A stretch of DNA of 64,000 bases from an uncultured delta proteobacterium (GCA_963845145.1 CAWJQU010000001.1:352088-416087); one strand, 5' to 3'. Positions 41,079-52,963 are shown, numbered from the stretch's first letter. The notes: generated from the sequence alone by a model not told the origin. Numbers and translations: made by a program.

Positions 41079-41669
41079 TTAAGTTCTTTTCCATTTGTAG
41101 TATTTCTCATCAGCAAGATTTAGCATTTCCATATCCTCGGAAGTGTCTCCATACGCATATATTTTTTGAAACGCATCAAGGTTATATCTGTTTTTGATTC
41201 TTAAAGTTTTTTCTTCACCACTACAATCAGGAGGATTGTATTTTCCGGTAATCATGCCATTGCATACTTCAAATTTTGAGCATATTAGATCCAGTCCATG
41301 TTCCTCACACCAAAAATTCAAATAAACATCTAATGAAGCAGAGACCACGACAACTTGGTCTCCTTGATTTTTATGCCATTTGATACGATCCATCGCTTTT
41401 GGATTAAGGTGTTTAGGGATTATGGTTTGCGCGTATTGATGACCATACAAATTAAGATCAGAAAGTTGACGGCCTTTAAAAACAAAACCCGCAACCACTT
41501 CCCTTGTTTTTGCGGCTGAAATTAGGCCGATTTTATAACCCAATATTACCGGTAAAAGTCTTACTCTCCCCCAAAATAATCTCTTTCTGCCGGCAGCAAA
41601 ATGAATAAATGCGGTGAAAGAATCATTATTTGTGATGGTACCGTCAAAATCGAATAATGCTAAATTCAT
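41079..41669 (-). CDS. HAD-IB family hydrolase
   Basis: FDFDGTIT, VVSAS, GEEK, AYGDTSED. Confidence 0.92.
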   Translation of the reverse strand: MNLALFDFDGTITNNDSFTAFIHFAAGRKRLFWGRVRLLPVILGYKIGLISAAKTREVVAGFVFKGRQLSDLNLYGHQYAQTIIPKHLNPKAMDRIKWHKNQGDQVVVVSASLDVYLNFWCEEHGLDLICSKFEVCNGMITGKYNPPDCSGEEKTLRIKNRYNLDAFQKIYAYGDTSEDMEMLNLADEKYYKWKRT

Positions 41670-41700
41670 AATCTTTAAGTAATTTTAGTTCGAACAGGAA

Positions 41701-41761
41701 ATCGAATGAAAAGCTGTGGGGCGGCATCGTCATAGCCGTCACCACCAGCGACAGGTTCAGT
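41701..41761 (-). other. attC-like integron recombination site (degenerate)
   Basis: Minus strand ACTGAAC-N5-GCTGGTGG...CCACAGC-N5-ATTCGAT with an extra base in L''; starts 2 nt after the upstream TAA. Confidence 0.55.
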
Positions 41762-41763
41762 GC

Positions 41764-42060
41764 TTAACTTATCTTTGACAAAATTGCAGAAACAAGTTCT
41801 GCGCCTGGAGGAAGAATTTCGACCTCTCCTTCGGCCTCGTAATATTCAATGAGCCGTTTACTATGCAACAGTTTTATTATCCTATTAAAGTATCAACGTT
41901 TGTCGTAGCCAGACCAAGTAAATAGATCATCTACCTTCACCTTTAATGAGCAAGAGCTGATTAGTAGAAGAATTTGATCCTTAAGTGACATTTTCGGATC
42001 AAAAACCCTGCGTGTGCTGCCTGACATCCATACAATTTGATATGATTCTTTATCGCAAAG
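41764..42060 (-). pseudogene. 3' remnant of a cassette-like hypothetical gene
   Basis: One frame QIVWMSGSTRRVFDPKMSLKDQILLLI..GYDKR*YFNRII..EILPPGAELVS* with internal TGA at 41893-41895; ends at the attC-like site. Confidence 0.5.
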
Positions 42061-42557
42061 TTTGGTTTAAATGGTTTTTCCCTTTCGCCATAAAACATAA
42101 CTAACCACTTACATATAATACGTATTATTAGTTCTAATATCATAAATATCCCACTTTTTAAAGATTAATGCTAATCGCAATGAGTTATCCGTTTTGCTCG
42201 CTCAAACAGCTATATTTTGACAGGTGTAAAGAGGTGTCGCCCGATTATTTCAAAAACGCGGAAACGCAGATATGGGGGATAAGATATTGCAAGGGGCTAT
42301 TTGCGAATGGCAGAAAGGTAAGCTTCGAAGAAAAAGACCTTCGATAGTTTCATGATTCTTTACAACTTTTATCACTCAGATTGTTTTAAAGGTCAAATTT
42401 TCGATTTAGTTTTTAATAGATTACTGCGTTGGAATGACATTTAGACGACAAAAAGATCCCCTGTAGAAACCACGATCACGTGTTCGTAACCGGTCGCTTT
42501 GAACCATTGGATATGTAATTACCCGACTATCGGGAGGGGGCACGTCCAGCGTAAATG

Positions 42558-44366
42558 TCAGTGGCAGATCAGGGTCTGCTGATAAGCTTCAATGATTTTA
42601 TTTTCAATACCAAGACTTTTTAGTTTTTCTACGGTCGGCCGTCCTTCAACATCCCACCCCCGAAAGGAGTAGTATTCTTCCAGAGCTTTGGAAAATTCTT
42701 CTTTAGGCATGGGGATATCTTTGGGCGGTCCGTGCTTGAGAATCTCTTTGTGGAACCTTTGCGGTAATTTGTCTTGTTCTTTTGTAAACCCGGCCATTAC
42801 ATTGAACACCCGTTGGAGGTTAAAAATTCTCTCGCCCGTTCTTTCAACCCTTTCGGCTGGCCACTGACCACCATAAGTCACTTCATACAGACGTCCCAGA
42901 GTTTCGCTGTCAATGGGCCAAAAATCACAGACGCCCATGGAAAACTTGGCAAATTGCGCGTTTTGCAGCTCGGCCACGAGTTGAGCCTTACCCTCGAAAG
43001 TGAAAGGATCCATATTACCCCAGGCTTCTGCTTCCACTGGATAGGCGGACATATGGCAGCCGCCGCGTGGAGCGGTCACATAAGAAATCCCCATGCCCCA
43101 CGAACCCCGTGGATCATATCCCGGTAGTTCCATTCCCTTGACGTGCATGGCGAACGCCCGGCCTCCAAATTTTTCAGACAAGGCTTTGACCCCTAAAGCC
43201 GCATCTGCCCCAAGCCCCTTTTTCTTTGCAATTTGTTTAACCATTTTTAAGGCCTTATCGGTCTCTCCAAATTTGAGACCAAAGTTGTGAAGACCTTTTT
43301 CGGTCATTTCCATCATATAGGCGATGACGCTACCAGTGGAAATAGTATCCAATCCAAGATCGTCGCAAATAGCATTGAATTCGACTATTTTTTCTCGATC
43401 TGAATTACCGATACATGAGCCTCCCATAGCGATGGGTTCGTATTCCGGTCCCTCCACAGCATGGTTTTTTGTTTTCACAAAGTTACCGCAGGCAATGCCA
43501 CATGAGAAACAAGCCTTTTTTTGTGCTCGGATTTCTTTGAACGTCTCTGAGTGGATATTTTTATAGGCTGCAAAACGGCCCTCCTGAAAATTTCGGGTGG
43601 GAAGCATGCCGCTATCCTGACAATAGTCAACCAAGACAGGCGTGCCGTCTGTGTATATATTGTTATCAGGGCTGGGGTCTTTATCTTTTTGGTGGGCTTG
43701 TTCAGCGAGCTTCATGCAGGCTTCTATATCCGGTACGTTTACATCCAGCCACCCCCTGACAACGATCGCTTTAAGGTTCTTGCTTCCCAAAACAGCACCC
43801 ATACCGCCCCGCCCTAGTTGCCGATAGCGTTCAGAGCAAATGCAGGAAAAAGGGACCAGATTTTCACCAGCCGGACCGTTGACGAGGGTCTTCACCTGAT
43901 CGTCTCCAATCATCTCTTTCAGGGTTTCATCCGCTTTGAACGTACCCATGCCCTTCAGTAGATCAGCAGAACGGATTTCAACTTTATCAGCATCAATGTA
44001 GAGGTATGATAGGGAATCAGCCTTACCGGTGATCTGGACCGCATCATATCCCGCATATTTAAGTTCTGCACCGATGTGACCGCCTACGGAACCATCAGAG
44101 ATGGTACCTGTCTGAGGCGATTTGGTGACAATGGCCAGTTTGGAGGATGATGAAATGATGGTTCCAGCCATGATGGAGGTAGCCAACACCATATGGTTCT
44201 CAGGTGACAAGGCCTCTGTCCTGGGTGAAAAATCTTCCATGAGAATCCGTGTTCCAAGGCCCTTTTGGCCGCTATATAGCTCTACCCATTGTTTTGGAAT
44301 GCTCCTGGTTTCAATTTTACTCTCGCTTAAATCTACAAACAGCAGTTTTCCCCAGAAACTATTCAT
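42558..44366 (-). CDS. Aldehyde:ferredoxin oxidoreductase (tungstopterin AOR family)
   Basis: KSPQTG, GRGGMGAVLGSKNLKAI, CFSCGIAC, GPEYE, DDLGLDTIS, PGYDPR, RGGCH; internal ATG at 44366 after GAGGG. Confidence 0.93.
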   Translation of the reverse strand: MNSFWGKLLFVDLSESKIETRSIPKQWVELYSGQKGLGTRILMEDFSPRTEALSPENHMVLATSIMAGTIISSSSKLAIVTKSPQTGTISDGSVGGHIGAELKYAGYDAVQITGKADSLSYLYIDADKVEIRSADLLKGMGTFKADETLKEMIGDDQVKTLVNGPAGENLVPFSCICSERYRQLGRGGMGAVLGSKNLKAIVVRGWLDVNVPDIEACMKLAEQAHQKDKDPSPDNNIYTDGTPVLVDYCQDSGMLPTRNFQEGRFAAYKNIHSETFKEIRAQKKACFSCGIACGNFVKTKNHAVEGPEYEPIAMGGSCIGNSDREKIVEFNAICDDLGLDTISTGSVIAYMMEMTEKGLHNFGLKFGETDKALKMVKQIAKKKGLGADAALGVKALSEKFGGRAFAMHVKGMELPGYDPRGSWGMGISYVTAPRGGCHMSAYPVEAEAWGNMDPFTFEGKAQLVAELQNAQFAKFSMGVCDFWPIDSETLGRLYEVTYGGQWPAERVERTGERIFNLQRVFNVMAGFTKEQDKLPQRFHKEILKHGPPKDIPMPKEEFSKALEEYYSFRGWDVEGRPTVEKLKSLGIENKIIEAYQQTLICH

Positions 44367-44774
44367 GACGCCCTCTTTTTTCTTGGTAAAAAAAGAAATT
44401 GCATCTTTAGGACACCATTTTACACACATAGGCGAGCCACTACACAGATCACAAATGACGGACTTCTGATTTTCATTTAGAAAAATAATCTTGGTGGGAC
44501 AGGTCGTCACACAGGTTGCGCATCCAATACATTTATCCCAGTTGACCACCATATTGTTTCCACTATTGGAGATCGCCCCTTCAGGGCAAGCCTCTTCGCA
44601 TTCTTTACAGTATATGCAGTATCTGGAACTAACGTTAACCCTGTCTTCCTGGTATTCATGATTGATCTTAATTCTTGCTTTTTCCGGATTAAATACCTTC
44701 TCATGGTTCGCCGAACAGGCAAGTTGGCATAGCTTGCAACCCGTGCAACGCGATTTTTTAAATCTCAGTGGCAT
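44367..44774 (-). CDS. 4Fe-4S dicluster ferredoxin, in frame with AOR in this assembly
   Basis: CTGCKLCQLAC, CIYCKECEEACP, CIGCATCVTTCP, CDLC..CVKWCP. Confidence 0.88.
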
Positions 44775-44815
44775 TTGAAAACTGTCTCCTCTTGTCCAAG
44801 GTCTATTTAATAATC

Positions 44816-45834
44816 TTACGCAATGACCTTTTTCCAGATCGATACATTGTCCATCGGGGTTCCCGGAGCAATATCACAGGCCCCTCCCAGAATGTGACCC
44901 ATGCCACCGACCTTTTCCATACAAGAAGTATTTCGTTTTCTACCTGTTCTTGGGTGCCCATATACAAATTGTTGGCCACATCAATATTGCCAAGGGTCGC
45001 CACTTTTCCACCGATTACGCTCTTGGCATACTTAAGGTCCACGTACGAATCGACCGAAAGCACGTCATGGTCAATATCCAAGATGCTTTCCAAACGATCC
45101 GAGATATCTCCGCAAATATGGATAAACGCATGTTTACCGGCTTTTTTTACCAGATCGGCAATTGTGCTGATATAGGGTTTGGCGAACTTATCAAAGACTT
45201 TTCGGGATATTAACGAACCGGACGCGGTGGGATCACAAATAAAAATTCCGTCCACGTCCAAGGTGGTCAGATACTCATAGTAGCCGGTCAACACTTCGGT
45301 CGTGAATTGAAGAATATCTTTCACCAGCGCAGGATTTTTGAAACAATCGCGCATGAGATTTTCAACGCCTCTGATTTCGCCGGCCAATGTAAACGGAGCA
45401 ACGGCGGTACAATACAGATAGCGCTCTTTGCCCAGTTGATCGATTAGTATCCGGGCGGATTGGACGGAGCTTTTCAATCGATCGTCACGATCAATGTCAG
45501 GAATCTGAAGTTTCGCCAAAGACGCATGATCCTTGATAACGTGGCTCATCGTAATAGGCGCGCCCGTTTCCGGCATCTGGATTTCACATCCAAGCGCCTC
45601 AGCCGGCGACAGCCAATCCCACATCACCTCCAGACCGTCGAAATCGCACGATTGAATCACTTTCAACTGCGCTTGGGCGCCTAATTCAGGTTTCGCGATG
45701 CATTCGGCCATCGTTATCTGGCTCTCGCCCAGCGCCCAACATGCTTGAAAGGGACCGCAAGTGGGCATATAATCCACGTCTTGTTGATTGATCGCCGCTA
45801 AAAAACGCTCTATAGATGTCATTGCCTGGTTCAT
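44816..45834 (-). CDS. MtaA/CmuA (UroD-family) methyltransferase-like protein, frameshifted near the 3' end
   Basis: AEALGC, APFTLA, CDPTAS, IHICG, LGNID; the family C-terminus GHILGGACDIAPGTPMDNV lies in another frame after about 44930. Confidence 0.82.
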
Positions 45835-45977
45835 ATCATCCTCCTCCGGTTATTCGGTTTTCCTATTTGCAACAGTAGCATGCGGTTACAATAGACCAGA
45901 TCTCGCTCCGGTGGCTTGGAAAGACCCTTAAGTGCTTACACCCGGAAATCTTGGCCCACTTGATAATATTGTGCAAT

Positions 45978-46100
45978 TTATCGTTTCCTTGCCTGCAACG
46001 CATTGATTGCATCGATGAGTTCCTGGAGAAAATCCAGGATATCGGCCTGAATGCCTACATCCGCTACCTGCAAAACCAGTGCTTTGTAACTTTTGTTCTT
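45978..46100 (-). pseudogene. C-terminal remnant of electron transfer flavoprotein alpha
   Basis: NKSYKALVLQVADVGIQADILDFLQEL resembles the EtfA end (NKDxxAPIFxVADVGIVxD). Confidence 0.55.
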
Positions 46101-46250
46101 TGGTTCAATTGATGTGCATGGGGTAAACGACAGGCGATGTGACGCCCCCGATTTCAGTATCCCATGGCGGGGTAGCATCCTTGTTTTGAGTAGGTGCGTT
46201 ACTGTCCCCCCGCCATGTTAATCGCTTTAGGGTAATTAATATTATCGGAT

Positions 46251-47506
46251 TTAAAAGGTTTTACAATCATAAAACCAGCGCGCGATATCCAACTTGGCCA
46301 AACTGCGGCCGCCCATCCACAGACTGATAATTTTGCTGTCGCGCCAATGCTTCTCGATATGGCCTTCCCGGGCATAGCCGTGGGAGCCCATCAGGTCCAT
46401 GGCTTTGTTGATGATGATGGTCATTTGATCAGTCACAAAGAGCTTGTTCGCTCTGGTTTTAGCCAAAAATTCCTTCCCTGCCGGATCGATTCCATAGGCG
46501 TCGGGATTATCCATCATACGCGCTTTCATATAGGTGTCGGAACGGCTGACTTCGATCATCATGGCGATGTCCGCCAAAATCCCAGCGGTAATGCTATGTT
46601 CTTTCAGTACTTTTCCGCCAACAACACGCTTGTCACACCACTCCTTGACCAGTTCGTAACAGTTGCGCATGATTCCTAATGCCTGGGCCGAGGCGCCAAT
46701 ATTGCCGGCGTTCATAAACAACCTGGCAGCCTTGGCATCATCACCGGGTGTTAGGTTAGCCCGGTTTTCTTTCGGCACGCGGACATTCTCAAACCAGACA
46801 TCGCCGTTTTTGTCACCCGACATACCGGCTTTCTGATAGGGGTCGCCCTGGCGTACACCCGGAGTGTCCGCCGGAACATAGATAATGGCAAATGATTCGT
46901 CATCTTCCACACCCGGATTGGTTGTACAAAACACGGCAAACAGATCGGCCACCCCCCCGGAATTGGTCGGCCATAGCTTATGGCCATTGATGACCCATTC
47001 ATCACCGTCAAGTTCGGCAGTGGTGGCGATGTATTTCCCGTGGGTCCCATCAATATTTTCCACATCCGATCCGCTTCGCTCATCAGTGATGGCGGCACAA
47101 CCGATAAATAGTTTATCGGTTTGGCAGGCCAGCGGGGCGAATTTCTTTATCAAAACTTCGTTGGGAAACGGTGCGAAAATCGGCAGAAAAGCCCAGTTGC
47201 CACAATCTGCCGCCGTAGCCAAACCGGAGTCACCCCGATCCATCTCCTCCAAGCACAGACAGTAGGTAATCGTGTCAAGCTCAAATCCACCGAATTCTTT
47301 TGGCCAGGGGGCACACTGCCACCCGAAATCCAGCATGAGTTTTTTCAATAACTTCTCGTAAATTTTATGATCTTTCCAATCTTCATCAAGTTCTTGCCTA
47401 CCGGAAATATTTCTTTTTCAACGATTTCCCGGCAACTTTCAACAATCTGTTTTGATTCATCACTGATCCATTCACTCGGCAATGTAAATTTATCTTCGAA
47501 TTTCAT
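46251..47506 (-). CDS. Acyl-CoA dehydrogenase, frameshifted near 47400
   Basis: ATG 47506 after GGAGG; PKEFGG, AITDERSGSD, WVINGHKLWPTN, MGSHGYARE..EKHWRD. Confidence 0.88.
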
Positions 47507-47681
47507 CTTCACCTCCTTATTATTAATTTTTTCAACAGCTATCACATATGGCTCCCAACGAGTACATTTGGGGCCATTGATATCTCTCTTTGTTCTTTGA
47601 ACTTCACATCTAAACGCTGCGGACTTCGCCGAAACTAGGCGCCACGATTATCCGTCTTATCCCTGGTGCGACATCCACCTA

Positions 47682-49044
47682 TTATTCTACTGTACCGGTT
47701 GGTACATTAATGGCATACACATCCGGAGACTGTTTCCGTCTATGCCTTAGGTAAGCCATACAGGACCGCCTAAACCTATAAAATAGATCACGAACATAAC
47801 CCAGAGGGTAACATCAAAATACTTAAATGTATAATAGGCCATCACCACGCTACAAATAACAGCAGGAACGCCCATGCCTACTCCGCCCGGTGCCTTCCAT
47901 GGCCTTTGCCATTCTGGATGTTTATTACGCAGCTTTATAAAGGCCGCAGAAGAGAAAGCGTAGCAGATGGACACACCAATTGCCATTAAGGTAAACAGAG
48001 ATTCGAGCCAACGCGTTCCCGATATCGCGATAAATACAAACACAATCAGAAGAATCGCTACGTTGGCATTGCTTGGGACGTCAGACTCGTTCAAGCCGCC
48101 AAACCAACGCGGTAGTATACGAGCTTCTCCCATACTATACATCAGTCTTATCGATCCGAGCCAAAATCCATTGAGACATGTGAAACATGCCAGAAGAGTC
48201 GCTATTGCCATGGCATATTGAGCACCAACACCAAAATGGGTTTTTAAGAGTGAGGCACTGGTCATTTCCATTTTTGATAGCTCATCAAACGGCAGCATAC
48301 CGCTGTTGACAATGCACAACCCTGAGTAAAACAAAATACAAAATATGATAGACCCGATGAGCGGTATCCACAATTTTTTGACTGGATATTTAGATTCTTC
48401 AGCAAATTGAGGAACGAGTTCGAAGCCGAAGTACATCGTCACCATCAACGCGGTTGCCGTTAAGAAACCACCCGTTCCTGTTGTATAAGAATGGCGTCCA
48501 ATTATCCGTGGAAAATGTCGGGTGCGTAATAAAGGCGATCATTGTACCGATACCTATAATAACAAGTACAAAAAACATGACTATTTGGGCATTGGCACTC
48601 AGAGAAAGCGCTCTTAGAATTCATGAAAAAGAGGATAAGGCAAAGGGCAACACAGATGACCACCAGTGCGGTATGCGGCATTTCCGGCCACCAGAGATAA
48701 GAAATGAGCCCCCCGATCGCATAAAGCTGGAATGCAATAACGGTTGCGTACGCAAGCATGAGACTCCATGCACCCCAAAAAGCGGCTTCCTTTCCAAAAG
48801 CATTGTAAATGAAAACAAAAGGCCCGCCAACGTTCGGCAGCATACTGGTCATTTCACCATACACTAGACCGATGGGAATACATAACAGCCCGGTAAGGAC
48901 AAAAGCCAGTGCGATTGACGGGCCGGAAAGTGAAACCCACCACTGCATCATTACCAGCCAAGGCCCGATAATAGATCCAGCAGCCATGGCAAACATCGAC
49001 ATCCCGCCCATGACTCTCCGCAACGATTTTGTTTCTTCAACCAT
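47682..49044 (-). CDS. APC-family amino acid permease with three frameshifts
   Basis: GSIIG, YGEMTSMLP..GG, YFGFE..AEE, RLMYSMG, RPWKAPGG; frame changes near 48612, 48487 and 47755. Confidence 0.85.
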
Positions 49045-49575
49045 GGCATACCTCCTTATTTTTCCGGTTAAAAGCCTCTCTTCACAAACCCTTGGTATTG
49101 TTTAAGTTCTTTTTTCCTCCCACATTAACAATGGCTATCCAGCAAAAACCCCAATACAAATTTATTCACCTGTAGATCTCAACTCAAAAACCAATAATAC
49201 TGTATATTAGATGAGGTAGTCACTTTGAAGATACTCCTAAATTGAAAAGGACGATACGGATGGCTTGATAGCGAATAACGCAATAAATTGAATCTTTTTT
49301 ATTGTTTTTAGGTCACTTAATTAGTATTGTCAACCATATATTTGCGTTAATCGTTAATATTTTGCATTTTTTTCACGATTTTCTTACTCTATAAGATAAT
49401 ACATTATATTTTCCAGGTACTTGAGCCGATATTCTGAGGTTACAGATGGTTCGATACTTTGATTTATTGTAATTATTAACCGAAAAAGTGTAAAAACAGG
49501 CAAGCATGTAATCGGACAGGAAGCCTTCCGGCAGCACCGAATTCAGGGCAAAAAAGTTCGGTTTCAAAACTTTAA

Positions 49576-49815
49576 GATTTTTTTGCTGGTCAACCACAGA
49601 TACCGCTCTGTGAGATGTAGCAATTCGATTTCAACCAGGAAGTTCATGGGTTGTTGAGTGACTTTGAATATTGGGCTAAAAGTGAGTTGACTGTAGCATA
49701 GTTCGCCCATGCCGATGAGACGGGTATTAATATTGTCCGGGAAATACAACTGGCCACATGGATTATCCAACAACTAGCGGACGCTTTATCTCCTCCTCGC
49801 AAAAAGAGGCGCGAA
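49576..49815 (+). mobile_element. IS66-family transposase remnant
   Basis: DFFAGQPQIPL..FNQEVHGLLSDFEYWAKSEL..HADETGINI (49708-49734), then GKYNW.H..SN..TLY..AKRG, with stops and frameshifts. Confidence 0.7.
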
Positions 49816-50054
49816 CACCCGAACAGCAGGAAAGCGATGTGGGTCTTGCCAAGTTTTACGGGAATTCTGTGCCATAGCCACTATAACCCTATTTTAAGCA
49901 TGGAGTGGTTGCAGCCATCCGTTTTGCATTGTACAATGTTTAAGGGAATTAATCCGAGCCTCGGATCAGGGGCGTAAAAAATGGGCCTTTAAACTAAAAG
50001 GCCTAAAAGTATGCATAGAATTATGCTATCGTAAAATAGTTAATCCTTGGAAAA

Positions 50055-50528
50055 CTATCTATGACCGTTTCCGGGAAATGATGCCATAAACTCGCCCATA
50101 TGCTTCACGAGTTGAAGCCGTATGGAAGGGCGAGTACGGATCACGCCATCTATTTTATTAATTTTATCAAGAAGGAGTGCAAGATCATCTTGTGATTTAA
50201 CACAAAATTCCAAATCGAACTCATCTTCTCCCGCCAATTTTGCAATGTACCAAATGTCTTCAAGTTTTTTTATTTTATTAGCAATAGCAGACGTTTTCCT
50301 GGTGTCTGCCTTTATTCTAATATTCCCACTAGTGCCATATCCGAGCTGATCCCTGTTGCGGATGGCGATTATTTTAATAGTATTACTTTCAATAAGACGT
50401 TTAATCCGATTTCTGATAGTGGATTCGGATGTACCTAGCTTTTTCGCCAGCTCAGTATTTGGAATCCGGCCATTTTGTTCTAACAGCTTAATGATTTTTA
50501 AATCTAAATCGTCAATCAATTCTTTCAT
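50055..50528 (-). CDS. Lrp/AsnC family transcriptional regulator
   Basis: IDDLDLKIIKLLEQNGRIPNTELAKKLGTSESTIRNRIKRL plus RAM domain. Confidence 0.93.
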   Translation of the reverse strand: MKELIDDLDLKIIKLLEQNGRIPNTELAKKLGTSESTIRNRIKRLIESNTIKIIAIRNRDQLGYGTSGNIRIKADTRKTSAIANKIKKLEDIWYIAKLAGEDEFDLEFCVKSQDDLALLLDKINKIDGVIRTRPSIRLQLVKHMGEFMASFPGNGHR

Positions 50529-50926
50529 ACAATTCCCATAACTTTTTAAAATATAGAGAGGGTCATTTCAACAAAAATTATAACAATAAGCCCACCCTGG
50601 ATAGATCAAATTAAAATTTTAAATATTACGATACGACATTGCAAGACTACCCTTTCCATAAATTAGGACAGTAGTTTAGAATAGGTAGTTGTTTTTTAGC
50701 AAACAAATGTGGCATTGTCAACTAAGCCGTTTAGAATAGATATTATATTACGAATACATAGGAATGCATACTTAACAATTACTTCAATAGACAATTCCGT
50801 ATAGAAAATTAGAAGAAATGGAAGTACTATACCACCAGATAAAAACGAATTTATACGTCTCTCCCATTTCCCCCTTATCTCCTTTTAATTTGCAGGGGTA
50901 CTTAGATAAAAGGACCGAATAGTCCT

Positions 50927-52462
50927 TTATATTCTTCGCCTCCTTCGATCCAAGGTACGGTACTGAATCGCTTCAGCGACGTGATCAGCCGAAATGTGGG
51001 GCACTTGCTCAAGATCGGCAAGCGTACGGGCGATTTTTATAATCCGATTGTGCGCCCGGGCGGAAAGCCCCAGCTTGTCAATGGCGGTTTCAAGCAGCCG
51101 GTCCGAGGCCGCATCAATGCGGCAATGGCTTCTAATCTGCCGGCTCGTCATTTGAGCGTTACAGAATATTTTTGACCGCGCAAACCGTTTATGCTGAACA
51201 TTTCGTGCCACGGCCACCCGCCGGCGAATCTTGTCGGAAGACTCGGCCGTGGTTCTTTTCAATAGGTCTTTATAGGGGACAGCCGGCACATCCATGTGAA
51301 TATCGATACGATCCAGCAATGGTCCTGAAATTTTGGACCGGTAGCGATGGATCTGGTGGCGCGTGCAATGGCATGGGTGTTTGGGATCGGACAGATAGCC
51401 GCAGGGGCAGGGATTCATGGCAGCCACGAGCATAAAGCTGGATGGGTAGGTTATCGTGGAGGCGGCCCGGGAGATGGTGACCCATTGATCTTCCAGGGGC
51501 TGGCGAAGGACTTCCAGGACGTGTTTTTTGTATTCTGGAAGTTCATCTAAAAAGAGTACCCCATTGTGGGCCAGGCTGACTTCGCCCGGTCTTGGAATAT
51601 GCCCCCCGCCGATCAGTCCCGCATCGGAAATGGTGTGATGGGGGGCACGAAAGGGCCGTTTGGTCACCAGGGCCTGGTCTTTTTCGAGCATACCCACCAC
51701 ACTGAAAATCTTGGTTGTCTCGATGGCCTCTTCAAAGGTAATGGGGGGTAAAATCGATGACAACCGCCGGGACAGCATGGTTTTGCCGGACCCCGGCGGC
51801 CCGATCATCAGCAGGTTATGCCCCCCGGCCGCAGCGACTTCCATGGCCCGCTTGACGTGCTCCTGGCCCATCACGTCAGCGAAATCCACTTCCTCGGAAT
51901 CCCGACGTGAAAAGATAGCGTCAATGTCGGTCTTAAAAGGTTCGATTACCGCCAGTCCCCGCAGAAAATCGACCACCTGGGCCAGGGTTCGCGCCGGGTA
52001 GACCTGAATACCTTCCACCACGGCCGCTTCCAGCCGGTTGTCTTCGGGTACAATAATCCCTTTATAACCGGCCTGGGCGGCCGCCAGGGCCATGGGCAAA
52101 GAACCACGGACCGGTTTGACACGGCCATCTAAGGACAATTCCCCCAGCATCAGATATTTTTCGCTGCGGTTCTGGGGAACGGTTCGGGTGGCGGTCAGGA
52201 TGCCGACCGCCATGGGCAGGTCAAAACCTGTTCCTTCTTTTTTGATACCGGCTGGGGCCAGATTGACGGTGATGCGATCGTCTGGAAAGATATATCCGGA
52301 GTTATTGATGGCGGACTTGACCCGCTCCTTGCTCTCTTTGACAGCGGCTTCCGGAAGGCCCACGGTGGTAAAGGTGGGTAAGCCTGCGGCAATATCCACT
52401 TCAACCTCGACGAGATACGCATCGATGCCGATGACAGCGCTGCTTAGCACCCTTGCCAGCAA
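50927..52462 (-). CDS. comM: YifB/ComM Mg-chelatase-like AAA+ ATPase
   Basis: TTG start 52462 after [48 protein letters not shown]. Confidence 0.92.
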   Translation of the reverse strand: MLARVLSSAVIGIDAYLVEVEVDIAAGLPTFTTVGLPEAAVKESKERVKSAINNSGYIFPDDRITVNLAPAGIKKEGTGFDLPMAVGILTATRTVPQNRSEKYLMLGELSLDGRVKPVRGSLPMALAAAQAGYKGIIVPEDNRLEAAVVEGIQVYPARTLAQVVDFLRGLAVIEPFKTDIDAIFSRRDSEEVDFADVMGQEHVKRAMEVAAAGGHNLLMIGPPGSGKTMLSRRLSSILPPITFEEAIETTKIFSVVGMLEKDQALVTKRPFRAPHHTISDAGLIGGGHIPRPGEVSLAHNGVLFLDELPEYKKHVLEVLRQPLEDQWVTISRAASTITYPSSFMLVAAMNPCPCGYLSDPKHPCHCTRHQIHRYRSKISGPLLDRIDIHMDVPAVPYKDLLKRTTAESSDKIRRRVAVARNVQHKRFARSKIFCNAQMTSRQIRSHCRIDAASDRLLETAIDKLGLSARAHNRIIKIARTLADLEQVPHISADHVAEAIQYRTLDRRRRRI

Positions 52463-52802
52463 TTTTTTTCCTCCCCTGTTCAGCCCTAGATCCAAAAACC
52501 CAGTAAAGTCAGAACCAGTCAAGTCAGAATCAGCAAAAAAAACAATACCAGACCCATAAAAACGGCACAATCTTTTTATCGACCATCCGTTTGCATGAAA
52601 AAAACCTGGCCAATCGGCAACAATAGCGTTCAAAGTGTTGCTTTTTTGCCACATAGGTCTAATAATAGAATCGATTATGTCGTTGGAGCGAACCCGCGCT
52701 GCGGATCGGGTTGAAAAGGTTTAACGCGTGAAGGCGCGTGAATCGTGGGACCTGGAGCGACCAGTTTATTTCTCTGCAAAAATCTGTGTCGAAAGAATAG
52801 TC

Positions 52803-52817
52803 CGGCATCAAATTTGC
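52803..52817 (+). promoter_or_regulatory. Possible sigma-54 promoter upstream of lpxC
   Basis: CGGCATCAAATTTGC fits GG-N10-GC with TTGC at -12. Confidence 0.35.
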
Positions 52818-52963
52818 GAATGTAACGGCGAATAGGACAGGCGATGTTTTGATCAGTTGGGCTTATTAGTAATTGAAAATTATAGAAATATAAAATATAT
52901 ACGAACGCATACGGTGGAAACAGGAAAGCGGTTTATTATATTCCACCGATCACAGGAGGGGTC

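Noticed and set aside
41893..41895. In-frame TGA as selenocysteine
   Set aside because: No redox-motif context and the gene lacks its 5' part; a nonsense mutation is simpler.
42107..42134. dif/XerCD-like site (CATATAA-TACGTA-TTAT)
   Set aside because: The XerD arm does not match TTATGTTAAAT beyond its first four bases.
44816..49044. Pyrrolysine readthrough near the methyltransferase cluster
   Set aside because: The breaks are frame changes, not in-frame TAG codons; no MttB/MtmB or pyl genes are seen.
52463..52654. N-terminal extension of comM
   Set aside because: The RBS and family N-terminus (MLARV) point to TTG at 52462.
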